From NCBI GenBank assembly GCA_964418255.1, contig CAYQKV010000002.1, positions 108,421 to 172,420 of the forward strand: a DNA stretch of 64,000 nucleotides, written 5' to 3'. A program made the position numbers and the translations under genes. The notes beneath the pieces were generated by a model. That model had not been told where the DNA came from, searched no databases, and was given only the letters and a program-made list of their open reading frames with translations. Each line of letters begins with the position of its first letter. Positions within the stretch are counted from its first letter, which is position 1. Below, piece by piece: positions 29,162 to 39,582 of this stretch. The DNA comes from an uncultured Christensenella sp. Lineage in GTDB: Bacteria; Bacillota; Clostridia; Christensenellales; DTU072.

Positions 29162-30030
29162 CGGAAAAAACGGAAAGAGCGATAGACCAGAAATTCGCGG
29201 TGATTTCATACGCGGCGGCGGTGTGCATAAGCGCGGTGCTGTCCGCTCTCGTGCAGGCTACCGTAGAAAGCGGAACAAATCTCTATATTTACCTTGCCTA
29301 TCTGTTTCCGCAGATGGGATATATAGCGGTGTTCGCGGTTATGTGGCTTAGGTATAAGCATAGTTTCAAAACGTTGGTTAGAAGAGAAAACGTAAGAGGC
29401 GCGGACTACGTTTTAAGCGCGCTTATAGCGGTAGGACTACTGTTTTTCGCGCTTTTACCCAACTACGGAATGAACAGACTGTTCGAAGTTATGGGAATAA
29501 AGGCGAGCGTAATCGTGCCCGAAATGAATTACTGGTACGAATACGTTTTATGCGGAATAACTATCTGTTTATTGCCCGCGGTCGGAGAAGAACTTGTGTT
29601 CAGAAAGGCGTTCTGCGACGGAATGGAGAACGTGGCGGATTATAAAACCGTGCTGCTTTGCGGACTGTGTTTTTCCTTGTCTCACCTCAACGCCGCGCAG
29701 ACGGTGCACCAGTTCGTACTCGGGTGCGTGCTCGCCCTGGTTTACGTAAGGACGAAAAACGTAACCGTCACGATGACGATGCACTTTATAAACAACGCGC
29801 TCGCGCTGTATCTCGAACGGATAACGGGCGCGGAAGTATGGAATAATATAACGGTAACGGCGATTTGTTGCGCGGTTGGCGCGGTCGCGGTTGCGGTCGG
29901 GATTTACCTTTTGTTAAGAAAAGGAAAACTCGACAATAAAAAAGAAGGGAAAATCGAACCCGTCACAGTGATACTCATAGCCGTGCTGAGCGCGGCGTGG
30001 GCGATTACGTTCGGGTTTGCTTTCAGATAA
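29158..30030 (+). CDS. CPBP-family intramembrane glutamic endopeptidase (CAAX protease-like), paralog 1
   Basis: EELVFR and HFINNA motifs in a multi-TM protein. The GTG start overlaps the upstream stop codon. Confidence 0.75.
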   Translation: MTEKTERAIDQKFAVISYAAAVCISAVLSALVQATVESGTNLYIYLAYLFPQMGYIAVFAVMWLRYKHSFKTLVRRENVRGADYVLSALIAVGLLFFALLPNYGMNRLFEVMGIKASVIVPEMNYWYEYVLCGITICLLPAVGEELVFRKAFCDGMENVADYKTVLLCGLCFSLSHLNAAQTVHQFVLGCVLALVYVRTKNVTVTMTMHFINNALALYLERITGAEVWNNITVTAICCAVGAVAVAVGIYLLLRKGKLDNKKEGKIEPVTVILIAVLSAAWAITFGFAFR

Positions 30031-30044
30031 AAATCGGAGGAAAT

Positions 30045-31058
30045 GTGACGAAAACTTTCAAAACGTGCGCAATTTTTTGTTTTACCACCCTGTGGCTGGT
30101 AATTATGCGCATTATCGTGAGCGCAATAAACCTTTCTGATAACGTTGCCGACTGGGTATTTTCTTTCTGTGTGCAGGTTATAGGGCTGGGCGCAATTCCT
30201 ATGCTCTTGTATAAGTTCTGGGTGAAAGAGGACGTAAAAACGGGCTTTTTCTTCAACGTCAAAATCAACCCGCTTATTTATTTGATTGCCGTAGGCGTCG
30301 GGTTGTCTTTGCATTTTCTCATTCGTTCGGTTTCCGTGCTGTGGCAGAGCGTCGCGATTATGATGGGATACACGCCGTCGAACAGCGTGGGAACGATTTA
30401 TTCGGGTCCGGAAGTTCTTATAATGAGTTTGCTTTGTACCGCAGTTCTGCCCGCGATTTTCGAAGAGACGACTTATCGCGGACTGGGTATGCAGATGCTT
30501 TCGGCGGTTAAGGACGAAAAAACCGTTATTCTGATAATGGGATTATTGTTCGGACTCGGGCATCAGTTCATTTTGCAGACGGGATACGCGTTCGTCGCGG
30601 GAATGGCGTTCGCGTACCTCGCAATTAAAACGAAGAGCATAATTCCGGGTATGATTATCCACTTTATAAACAATGGACTCAGCGTGATAAGCGAGTACTC
30701 GGAACAGAGACAAAACGCGTATTACGCTATGGAAACAAGCATAAACAACGTGCTTTTCCGTTCTTACGGAACGGTAATACTGACGCTCGTCGTTTCCGCG
30801 GCGGTTACGGTCGGACTGCTGTACGCGGCTAAAAATCTCACGAAAAAATCGCGCGTAGAAGAAAACGCGGAAGAGGGGACTTATTTTTATCCGAACACGA
30901 CGCAGTATATCGACGATTTGTTCGGAAAATCTTTGAGAGCGGAAGTAAAAGTCAGACCCGAATCGGTCGCCTGGTACGAATACGCGTTTTTATACGGAGC
31001 GATTGCGATTATGACGCTCACGACCGTGTTCACCTTCGTATGGGGCGTTATGCAATGA
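30045..31058 (+). CDS. CPBP-family intramembrane glutamic endopeptidase, paralog 2
   Basis: EETTYRG and HFINNG motifs. GTG 30045 lies after GGAGG. The longer ORF from 29997 overlaps the previous gene. Confidence 0.7.
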   Translation: MTKTFKTCAIFCFTTLWLVIMRIIVSAINLSDNVADWVFSFCVQVIGLGAIPMLLYKFWVKEDVKTGFFFNVKINPLIYLIAVGVGLSLHFLIRSVSVLWQSVAIMMGYTPSNSVGTIYSGPEVLIMSLLCTAVLPAIFEETTYRGLGMQMLSAVKDEKTVILIMGLLFGLGHQFILQTGYAFVAGMAFAYLAIKTKSIIPGMIIHFINNGLSVISEYSEQRQNAYYAMETSINNVLFRSYGTVILTLVVSAAVTVGLLYAAKNLTKKSRVEENAEEGTYFYPNTTQYIDDLFGKSLRAEVKVRPESVAWYEYAFLYGAIAIMTLTTVFTFVWGVMQ

Positions 31059-31495
31059 TAAAACTCAATATAGTCGCGGTGGGGAAAATCAAAGAAACGT
31101 TTTTTACCGAAGCGGTAAACGAATATGCAAAACGTATCGGGCGTTTCGCCTCGCTTAAAATAATCGAACTTTCCGAAAGACGAACGATAGAGGAAGAAGG
31201 AGAGGAGATACTCGCAAAAGCGAGCGGAACGGTTGTCGCGACCGACGTAAAAGGCGAGCTTGTTTCCAGCGAAGATTTGGCTCGACTTATAAAAAACGAG
31301 GCGAATTACGGAAAAAGCGAAATTACTTTCGTCATCGGAAGCAGCGAAGGGCTTTCCGACAAGGTAAAAAAATCGGCGGATAAAAGAATCTCTTTCGGCA
31401 AAGTCACGTTTCCGCACCAGCTTATGCGCGTGATACTATCCGAACAGCTTTACCGCGCGATGACGATACTTAACAACGTTACTTACCATAAGTAA
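31055..31495 (+). CDS. rlmH: 23S rRNA (pseudouridine1915-N3)-methyltransferase RlmH
   Basis: MIKLNIVAVGKIKE... and the C-terminal SPOUT motif ...FPHQLMRVILSEQLYRA..TYHK. Confidence 0.9.
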   Translation: MIKLNIVAVGKIKETFFTEAVNEYAKRIGRFASLKIIELSERRTIEEEGEEILAKASGTVVATDVKGELVSSEDLARLIKNEANYGKSEITFVIGSSEGLSDKVKKSADKRISFGKVTFPHQLMRVILSEQLYRAMTILNNVTYHK

Positions 31496-31557
31496 CCGCC
31501 TTAAAACGACAAGAGAACGGGTATATAACGAGTGAAACCGTCATATACTTCGTTATT

Positions 31558-32403
31558 ATGATAAAATTAAACGATAAACTAACCCGGTGTTATGAAAAAC
31601 TGGGTCGCATTGCCGCGTCCGAAACCGTAGGGAAAAGCGTTCTCGGCAGGGAAATCAGAATGTTTCGGTTCGGAAACAACCCGAAAACATTGATTTTCGG
31701 CGGCATACACGCGCGCGAGTGGATAACCGTTCTTCTTTTAAGCGAACTCTCGGAAAGAGAGGGGAAAAACGCAAAATACGGTTTCGACCTCGTGCCCTGT
31801 CTCAATCCCGACGGAATGAGCCTGTGTCTCGACGGAATAGGGTCGGTTCCCGACGAAAAACTCGGGAAAGAACTGATAAAAATCAACGGCGGAGCGGACT
31901 TTTCGCAATGGAAAGCCAACGCGAGAGGAGTAGACCTCAACGTCAATTTCGACGCGGACTGGGGAGAGGGAAGATATAACGTAACCGAACCCGCGCCCGC
32001 AAACTACATAGGAAGGGAACCTTTCAGCGAGCCCGAAACGCGCGCCGCGGCGTCACTTATGCAAAGAGGATACTCCCTTGTAGTGAGTTATCACTCCCTC
32101 GGGGAAGAAATTTACTGGGGGTACGAAAGTAATTTCAGACACTACGCGGAAGCCAAAGAGTACGCGGAGAAGGTAGGATACAGACTTAAACGGAGCGAAA
32201 ATTCCTCGGGCGGATTAAAGGACTTCTACGCGCTTTCTTACGACGGACTGGGACTTACGGTGGAAGTGGGCGAGGAAAAGGAAGGACATCCGTATCCCGA
32301 AGAGAAACTTACGTCGCTTGTAAAAAGACACGAAGGAAGCATAGAACTGCTTACCTCGCTTGGAGAAAGAATAAATGCAAGACTTTATGGAGGAAGCGCT
32401 TAA
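31558..32403 (+). CDS. M14-family zinc carboxypeptidase (gamma-D-glutamyl-mDAP peptidase-like)
   Basis: Zinc-binding HxxE motif GGIHAREWIT. 281 aa. Confidence 0.75.
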   Translation: MIKLNDKLTRCYEKLGRIAASETVGKSVLGREIRMFRFGNNPKTLIFGGIHAREWITVLLLSELSEREGKNAKYGFDLVPCLNPDGMSLCLDGIGSVPDEKLGKELIKINGGADFSQWKANARGVDLNVNFDADWGEGRYNVTEPAPANYIGREPFSEPETRAAASLMQRGYSLVVSYHSLGEEIYWGYESNFRHYAEAKEYAEKVGYRLKRSENSSGGLKDFYALSYDGLGLTVEVGEEKEGHPYPEEKLTSLVKRHEGSIELLTSLGERINARLYGGSA

Positions 32404-32821
32404 AGAAGCGAAAAAAGCGTATAAGAAAGACGAGGTGCCCGTCGGGTGCGTCGTCGTTTGCGACGGCAAAATAATCGCGAGAGCGCACAATAGCAAAATT
32501 TCCGACAACGACTCGCTTGCGCACGCGGAAATCAAAGCGCTTAAAAAAGCGCAGAAATTTTTAGGGACGAAATACTTGTACGACTGCGAAATGTTCGTCA
32601 CGCTTGAACCTTGCGCAATGTGCGCGGGAGCGATAGTAAACGCGCGACTCGGGAAACTTCACTATGCGGTTAAAGAACCCAAAACAGGGTGTTGCGGAAG
32701 CGTTTGCAACCTCGTAAACGGGACGTTTAACCACACGGCGGAAGTGTTTTGCGGGGAAAAGGAAGAGGAAGCGAAAAAACTTTTGCAGGAGTTTTTCAAA
32801 GAAAAGAGGAGAGACAAATGA
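32375..32821 (+). CDS. tadA: tRNA adenosine(34) deaminase
   Basis: HAE...PCAMCAGA deaminase zinc motifs. 148 aa. Confidence 0.9.
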   Translation: MQDFMEEALKEAKKAYKKDEVPVGCVVVCDGKIIARAHNSKISDNDSLAHAEIKALKKAQKFLGTKYLYDCEMFVTLEPCAMCAGAIVNARLGKLHYAVKEPKTGCCGSVCNLVNGTFNHTAEVFCGEKEEEAKKLLQEFFKEKRRDK

Positions 32822-33384
32822 TAATAATCGGACTGGGAAACCCGGGGGTGCAGTATAAAGGAACCTATCATAACGCGGGGTACGGCGTAGCGGAAGCGGC
32901 GGCGAAACTCGTAGGGAAAAAAATAAACAGGGCGGAATGCAATTCGCTTACCGCCGTCACCGAATATAAGGGGAGCAAGCTCGTTATCGCCAAACCGCTT
33001 ACATATATGAACAACAGCGGAGAAGCGGTCGCAAGCCTGGTCGCAAAATACGGAAAAGAAGCGGGGGAAGCGTTCGTCTGTTACGACGATATAGACCTCG
33101 AAAGATTTTCCGTGCGGATACGGGCAAAGGGAAGTGGCGGAACGCATAACGGAATGCGCGACGTTGTACGGGTAATGAAGACGGAGGATATAAAACGGCT
33201 CAGGGTCGGCATAGGAAAACCCGACTATAATCTGAGAGACTACGTCCTTGACAAACCCGCGAAAGACGACGGAAAAAAATTCGAAGAAGTGTTCGACGAA
33301 TGTGCGAAACTGCTTTTAGCCTACGCCGCCGACGGGGACTTCGATAAACTTATGAGAGAGGGAAATTCTCTTGGCAACAGATAA
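32818..33384 (+). CDS. pth: Peptidyl-tRNA hydrolase
   Basis: MIIIGLGNPG...HNAG N-terminus. The ATG overlaps the tadA stop codon (ATGA). Confidence 0.9.
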   Translation: MIIIGLGNPGVQYKGTYHNAGYGVAEAAAKLVGKKINRAECNSLTAVTEYKGSKLVIAKPLTYMNNSGEAVASLVAKYGKEAGEAFVCYDDIDLERFSVRIRAKGSGGTHNGMRDVVRVMKTEDIKRLRVGIGKPDYNLRDYVLDKPAKDDGKKFEEVFDECAKLLLAYAADGDFDKLMREGNSLGNR

Positions 33385-36300
33385 AATCTTTTCTCCCGAA
33401 AAAGGCGCGATAGGAGAAATAAAGAAAAACATAAACGCGGGAAGGAACGTAACCGTCTTTAACGCCGCGCCGAACAACCGCAGACACATAGCTTCCGCGC
33501 TCGGTAAAAAGTTTATCTACGTAGTCGCGGACGTAAGCGAAGCGAGGAAAACGTGCGACAGACTTAACGAATACGGCGAGGGCGTTTACGCGGTGATGCC
33601 CGAAAAGGAAGACCCCCTCGTTAAACGCAAAATGTGCGACTATTCCGCGCTCGGCGAGAGAATGAGCGTACTTAACGGACTGTCGAATAAAACCCTTGAC
33701 GGAGTGGTAGTCACCTGCGAAAGTCTGCTTGCGAGATACCCCGAAAAAAACAGATTTCTTTCTTCACGCATAGTTTTGAAAAAAGGGGAAGAAACCGAAA
33801 CTTCCGCTTTGACCGAAAGACTGCTTTTCGCAGGATATAAACGGGTCGCGGAGACGGATAAACCCGGTTCGTTCAGGCTTTCCGGCGACTGCCTGGAAAT
33901 CTTTCCGACTACCGAAAGCAACCCTTTAAGGGTGGATTTTTTCGGCGACGAGGTCGAGTCAATCCGCGTTTTCACACCCGAAACGCACGTCTCGGGAGAA
34001 GAACGCGAAACTTTGGAAATTCTTCCGGCAAGCGACATTTTAGTGCGCCGAGACGAAGTAAACGGTATCCTTAACTCGCTCAAAAAGGCGATACGCTTAG
34101 TCAAACCCGAATACAGAAACGCAATGGCGGAAGAGGGAGAAGAATTTGTAAACAATCCGTCTTCGCCTCTGAATACTTTTATGCTTCCCTTCCTCGAAGA
34201 GCAGACGGGAAGTTTTCTTTCGTACGCGGACGGGTACGTTCTCGTAATAGACGACGCGAGACAGATTACCGATAAACTCAAACTTACCGCGAAAGCCTGC
34301 GAAAACCGCGCGGAAGCGATGGCGGAAGGGGGCAAAGCGTTGCCTTGCCACAGGCGTTCGATATTTTCCGCGGAAGAAGGAATAAAGTTCGGCGGAACGA
34401 CGCTCGCGTTCGGGAGAATGACGGCTTCGTCGGGGTATTTTACTCCGCAGGAAGTTTTCGATTTGAAAACCACGCCGCTGCCCCCATACTACAACGATAT
34501 GGAAGGCTTTTTTACGACGGTAAAACAGATGCTTATTCGCGGAGTGAAAATAAGGGCGTACGCAAAAGACGAAAATTCCAAACGCGCGCTCATCGAGGCG
34601 TTCAACGAGCACGACGTGGGAATAGCGGACGGGTTCGACGAAAAAGCGGATATAGCGATAGAGGTCGGGAAAGTCGGCTACGGGTTCGTTTATCCCACGG
34701 AAAAACTTCTGTGCATAGGAATTTACGACCTCGTCAGAAAGAACGCGCCGATAAGGACGGCGAAAAAGAAACCCATAACGTTCGAACTCCCGATGAAAGG
34801 GGATTACGTCGTCCACGAAAAGCACGGCATAGGCATAAGCGAAGGTATGCAGAGGGTGAAAACCCTTTCGGGCGAGAAAGATTTCTTCGTCGTACTTTAC
34901 CGCGGAGGAGACAGGCTTTTCTTGCCCGTGGAACAACTTGACGCGATAGAAAAATACAACGGTTCGGACAAGCCCGCTTTGCACAGACTGGGCGGCGCGG
35001 AGTTCGAACGGGTCAAGAACAGAGTGCGGGAAAGCGTCAAGGAAATGGCGATAGACCTTTTGGAAATCTATCGGGCGAGAGCGGGGAGAAAAGGGCACGT
35101 CTACCAGCCCGACACGCCGTGGCAGAAAGAACTCGAAGACGACTTCGAATTTACCGAAACCGACGACCAGCTCGACGCGATAGCCGCGGTAAAACGCGAT
35201 ATGGAAAGCGGCAGGATAATGGACAGACTTATCTGCGGAGACGTGGGATACGGGAAGACGGAAGTCGCCGTGCGGGCGATTTTCAAGACGGTTATCGAGG
35301 GTAAACAGGCGGCGATTCTCGCCCCTACGACCGTTCTCGCTCAACAACACTACAATCTTTTAAGCGCGAGAATGAACAAATTCAAGCTGAAAATCGAGCT
35401 TCTGAGCCGTTTTGCGCAGCCCGCGGAGATGAGGGAAGCGTTAAAGAGGATAAAGAGCGGAGAGAGCAATATTATCGTCGCGACGCACAGAATTTTGGGG
35501 AAAGACGTGGTTTTTAACGACCTCGGGCTTCTCGTGCTCGACGAAGAACAGAGATTCGGCGTGGAGCAGAAAGAAAAACTGAAAGGGATAAAAAACACGG
35601 TGAACGTGCTCAGTCTGTCGGCTACGCCGATACCCAGAACTCTTCATATGGCGTTGTCGGGGATACGGGATATTTCCACGCTGGAAACTCCGCCGAAAAA
35701 CCGTTTGCCCGTTGAGACATACGTCACAGAGTATTCCGACGAACTTCTGGGCGACGCGCTCGGAAGGGAAATAGGTCGGGGCGGTCAGGCGTTCGTTCTG
35801 TACAACCGCGTGCAGGGAATTGAAAAGTTTTATCAAAAAGTGCAGGAAATCGTGGGAGAAAAGGGAAAAGTCGTCTACGCTCACGGGCAGATGAACGAAG
35901 AAGACCTCGAAGACGCGATTAAAAAATTCTACGACGGGGAAGCGAACGTGCTCGTTTCCACTACGATTATCGAAAACGGGATTGACTTACCCAACGCGAA
36001 CACTCTTTTCGTGCTCGACGCCGACAGGCTCGGACTGAGCCAGTTGTACCAGCTCAGAGGAAGGGTAGGAAGAAGCGATACCCTCGCGTACGCGTATTTC
36101 ACCGTGCGGGAAGGGAAAGTGCTTACCGAAAACGCGGCGAACAGACTGGACGCGCTTATGGCGCATACCGAACTCGGGAGCGGATTTAAGATAGCGATGC
36201 GGGATTTGGAAATCCGCGGAGCGGGCAATATCTTAGGCAGAGAACAGCACGGACAGATGGAAAAAGTCGGGTACGATATGTATCTCAAACTCATCCGCGA

Positions 36301-36790
36301 AGGCGTGGAAGAAGCGATGGGACATTCGGTGGAAGAACAAAAAGAAACCGAACTGAAAATCGACGGGGATTTCGCGCTCGAAGAAAATTATATAAAAGAC
36401 GCGAAAGCGAGAATAGCGATATACCGCGCGGCGGCGGAGCTTGTTTCCACCGAAGAGGGGAACGAGTTTTACAAAAAAACCGCGGCGGCGTACGGGGAAA
36501 ACTCAAGGTTAAAAAACATAGTGAGAATGGGAATTCTGAAAAATCTCGCGAAAAAAACCGGAGTGAAAAAAGCGGTGGCGGACGGCTCGGGAACGGGACT
36601 GTTTTTCGCCGATTCGCGTATTCTCGCCGACGAAAAATTGTTCTTTGCGCTGGAAAAATACAAAAAAGCCGCCGTGCTATGCCCGACTAATCCGCCGAGC
36701 GTGATTTTCGGCGGAATAAACAGACCGATAGGCGCGAGGATAAAAGAACTCAAAGATTTTCTCGAAGAGGTTGCGGGTAAAACCGAATAA
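33371..36790 (+). CDS. mfd: Transcription-repair coupling factor
   Basis: 1139 aa. CarD-like block YVVHEKHGIG. SF2 helicase motifs GDVGYGKTEVA, LDEEQRFG, SATPIPRT. Classic pth-mfd synteny. Confidence 0.95.
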   Translation: MATDKIFSPEKGAIGEIKKNINAGRNVTVFNAAPNNRRHIASALGKKFIYVVADVSEARKTCDRLNEYGEGVYAVMPEKEDPLVKRKMCDYSALGERMSVLNGLSNKTLDGVVVTCESLLARYPEKNRFLSSRIVLKKGEETETSALTERLLFAGYKRVAETDKPGSFRLSGDCLEIFPTTESNPLRVDFFGDEVESIRVFTPETHVSGEERETLEILPASDILVRRDEVNGILNSLKKAIRLVKPEYRNAMAEEGEEFVNNPSSPLNTFMLPFLEEQTGSFLSYADGYVLVIDDARQITDKLKLTAKACENRAEAMAEGGKALPCHRRSIFSAEEGIKFGGTTLAFGRMTASSGYFTPQEVFDLKTTPLPPYYNDMEGFFTTVKQMLIRGVKIRAYAKDENSKRALIEAFNEHDVGIADGFDEKADIAIEVGKVGYGFVYPTEKLLCIGIYDLVRKNAPIRTAKKKPITFELPMKGDYVVHEKHGIGISEGMQRVKTLSGEKDFFVVLYRGGDRLFLPVEQLDAIEKYNGSDKPALHRLGGAEFERVKNRVRESVKEMAIDLLEIYRARAGRKGHVYQPDTPWQKELEDDFEFTETDDQLDAIAAVKRDMESGRIMDRLICGDVGYGKTEVAVRAIFKTVIEGKQAAILAPTTVLAQQHYNLLSARMNKFKLKIELLSRFAQPAEMREALKRIKSGESNIIVATHRILGKDVVFNDLGLLVLDEEQRFGVEQKEKLKGIKNTVNVLSLSATPIPRTLHMALSGIRDISTLETPPKNRLPVETYVTEYSDELLGDALGREIGRGGQAFVLYNRVQGIEKFYQKVQEIVGEKGKVVYAHGQMNEEDLEDAIKKFYDGEANVLVSTTIIENGIDLPNANTLFVLDADRLGLSQLYQLRGRVGRSDTLAYAYFTVREGKVLTENAANRLDALMAHTELGSGFKIAMRDLEIRGAGNILGREQHGQMEKVGYDMYLKLIREGVEEAMGHSVEEQKETELKIDGDFALEENYIKDAKARIAIYRAAAELVSTEEGNEFYKKTAAAYGENSRLKNIVRMGILKNLAKKTGVKKAVADGSGTGLFFADSRILADEKLFFALEKYKKAAVLCPTNPPSVIFGGINRPIGARIKELKDFLEEVAGKTE

Positions 36791-36988
36791 CGCGGAATTA
36801 AAACCGAAGAGTCCGTCTTTTCGCATAAATAAACGCAATCTGTTTTTTCCGAATTCTTAAATTTACTTGCTTTCCGTAGGAAAGTAGTGTATACTCTTAT
36901 GAGTAGCTTGTCGGCAAGCGGGTTTTCGCTTACCGTCGAAGCGATTCGGGCGCGGAAAACCGCGGTATCAACTCTAAGAAGGAGTAGG

Positions 36989-39496
36989 ATGATGAAGAAG
37001 AAAGGATTATTGTTTTTGCTGATTTGTATGACGCTTGCGTTCTGCGTGGCTCTGAGCGCGTGTTCGTTGGTGCAGGTCAACGAAGAGAGACAAGCCAACC
37101 GCGTTATGGCTACGGTTACCGTAGACCTCGCGAAAGAATACGGCGACGGCGTGAAAGTGCTCGGCAACGACTGGGATTATACCGTTTCGATGGATATTAC
37201 GCGAAGAGAACTGATTTCCACGGTAAACTACGCAATCAACTATTATTCGCAACTCTACGCGACGTACGGAATGACGTACAGTTACGATATAAAAACCCTT
37301 CTCGACTCCGCGTTGAAAACTCTTAAATCGCAAAAATACAATACCATATGCGCAATGGGAGAACTTCTTGCGGAATCGAAAAGCACGGGAAGGTTCGACG
37401 CGTTGTACTGCCGCACGGAAAAGTATGCGGAAATCTACGGCAAAACCCTCGTGCCCGAAGGCGTGCTCACCGTTGCGGAAAGATATTCCGCGATAAAAAC
37501 GATAAACGACCAGTTTACTTCGCAGCTCGAAACCTACCTCGGAGAGAGCAAGGACGAAGAAAGAGACAGAGAAAAGAGCGAAGCCAACGACAGCCTCGCC
37601 AAATACTATGCCGACGGATATTTCGTAGCGGGAGTTTCCGTTGCCAACAAAGGGGATAACGGAGAATACGCCGACGGACTGTACGCGAAAGAAGTGGTGG
37701 ACGACGGCGACGAAGACACCGCGGAACTCGACTACACGAAAGTGTATTCGAAAGTAAGACTTGTAAAGACGGGCGAAGAAGACGTTTACGTTTACGTTCC
37801 GATAGAGGAAGAAAATCTTACCGTGGCGGAAGACGAAGGCGCGGTCAACGCGAAATACCTCACGGCAAAGACGGCTACCGTCACTTATTCGGGCAGAGTT
37901 TACGCGGAAGTTACCGAGGATAACGACTCGGGTTACGACATAGAGAGCTTTACTTCGGAAGCGGAAAATTACACGCTTATAAGCGCGCGTTCCGTTCCTT
38001 CGGAAGAGGAAGAAGAGAGTTCCCTTCTCGACGCTCTCCGTTATATAACCAACGAAGTGTGGGCGGACGAAAGTTCGTATACCGAAGATATGACCGAGTT
38101 CAAAGCGGAAATTTTCAACCCCAATCCGGATAGTTTCGAAAGCAACGAAGAAAAGGACGCTTACAGACAGTTAAGAAACACTTTCAATACGAATAACATC
38201 GGTTACGTAGAGACCGACCCCGGCAAGGAAAACGTAAGCGATTACAGAAACTACAAGTTCTACAACGGTTTGCAGTATTACTACGATTCGCAATTCTCCA
38301 CCGTATTGCTCAACGCGAAGAACTACGAAATCGGCGCGAAGATAACCGAAGCTACGCCGGAGGAAATTGCCGCGGAATACAGCCTGCTCGTGCTTAAAGA
38401 CAAAGCGAACTACGAATATCTCACCGCGGAAGAGCAGGTTAAAAAGTTCTTCGATACGATAAAGGGTACGGACGCAGACGGACTCAGCAAAGTTTATTAC
38501 GTGCCGATTGACGCGCTGTGCTCGGTTTCTTACGAAATAGACCCGACGGAGAAAGCATACGCGCCTTTGTTTACGCTTGACGCGGCGGACAACGTAGTTT
38601 CCTATAATACGACTTACGTTGCCGAAGAAAACGGAAAATATACGATGAAATACGCGTATGACAACGGCGACGGAACGTACACAATCAATATGATTTTCGT
38701 TACGCACGTTCTTCTGAGTTTCGACAACGTGCCCGGGCTTGCCGACCAATACAAGGAAGCGGCGAAAGACTTTACCGACGAACAGAAGATGGTGTTCATT
38801 AAACTTTTCGCGGAAAAAATCAAGACCTGCCCGCAGCTGGAAAGTTATATTGCCAACTACGATAAGGACAAAGCCTATAAAGTAAGCGACGTCTTTGCGA
38901 CCGACGAAAACGGAAATCTCAAATATCAGACGTATGCGGAAGCGGAAAGCGCGATGAACGCGATTATCCAAGAAGCGTTCGCGACCGGCAGTTATCAAGA
39001 TTTACTCGACGCGTTTATCAGACTTACCGAGATTTACGACGACGACGGCGGAAAACTCACCGATTCGGGTTATCTCGTCAGCGCGGGAGAAATGGAAAAC
39101 GGCTGGTACGAAGATTTTACCGCGACCGCGCTCAATATCTATTTCGGATTGCTTAACGATGGATATAAACCCACGGGATACGAGCAAGCGGACGGAACGA
39201 ACGTCGAAGACAGAATAAAAGACGCTTATTCCGATTACGGCGTGCATAAAATGTTTATAAGTTTCGCGCCTCTTTACAACGTTAAGATTGACGTCAACGG
39301 CGCGATGGCTGTAGATACCGTGCTTAACCTCGACGGACTTACGAGATGGGACGAAATAGGCAAGAGCCTGGTCGAGAGCAAACGCACGAAGGCGTATTCC
39401 GACTGGACGGCGAAACTTACCGAAGAAAAGGCGGACGCGCATACGGTCGTCAACGAAAAGTATTACAACCGCGTGGTTAAAGAAGTAACCGACTAA
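36989..39496 (+). CDS. Large acidic lipoprotein (835 aa), function unknown
   Basis: ATG 36989 after AAGGAG. Signal peptide with lipobox ALSA|C. No domain I recognise. Confidence 0.7.
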   Translation: MMKKKGLLFLLICMTLAFCVALSACSLVQVNEERQANRVMATVTVDLAKEYGDGVKVLGNDWDYTVSMDITRRELISTVNYAINYYSQLYATYGMTYSYDIKTLLDSALKTLKSQKYNTICAMGELLAESKSTGRFDALYCRTEKYAEIYGKTLVPEGVLTVAERYSAIKTINDQFTSQLETYLGESKDEERDREKSEANDSLAKYYADGYFVAGVSVANKGDNGEYADGLYAKEVVDDGDEDTAELDYTKVYSKVRLVKTGEEDVYVYVPIEEENLTVAEDEGAVNAKYLTAKTATVTYSGRVYAEVTEDNDSGYDIESFTSEAENYTLISARSVPSEEEEESSLLDALRYITNEVWADESSYTEDMTEFKAEIFNPNPDSFESNEEKDAYRQLRNTFNTNNIGYVETDPGKENVSDYRNYKFYNGLQYYYDSQFSTVLLNAKNYEIGAKITEATPEEIAAEYSLLVLKDKANYEYLTAEEQVKKFFDTIKGTDADGLSKVYYVPIDALCSVSYEIDPTEKAYAPLFTLDAADNVVSYNTTYVAEENGKYTMKYAYDNGDGTYTINMIFVTHVLLSFDNVPGLADQYKEAAKDFTDEQKMVFIKLFAEKIKTCPQLESYIANYDKDKAYKVSDVFATDENGNLKYQTYAEAESAMNAIIQEAFATGSYQDLLDAFIRLTEIYDDDGGKLTDSGYLVSAGEMENGWYEDFTATALNIYFGLLNDGYKPTGYEQADGTNVEDRIKDAYSDYGVHKMFISFAPLYNVKIDVNGAMAVDTVLNLDGLTRWDEIGKSLVESKRTKAYSDWTAKLTEEKADAHTVVNEKYYNRVVKEVTD

Positions 39497-39582
39497 CGGG
39501 CGGAAATAAACTAAAATATAAAGATGAGAAGAAGTTATCTTGTCGTTCAGGATAACTTCTTTTACTCGGACGGAGAAAAAAT

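Noticed and set aside
33640-35884. Minus-strand ORFs of 277, 417 and 147 aa inside mfd
   Set aside because: Antisense to a confidently identified Mfd. No independent start signals.
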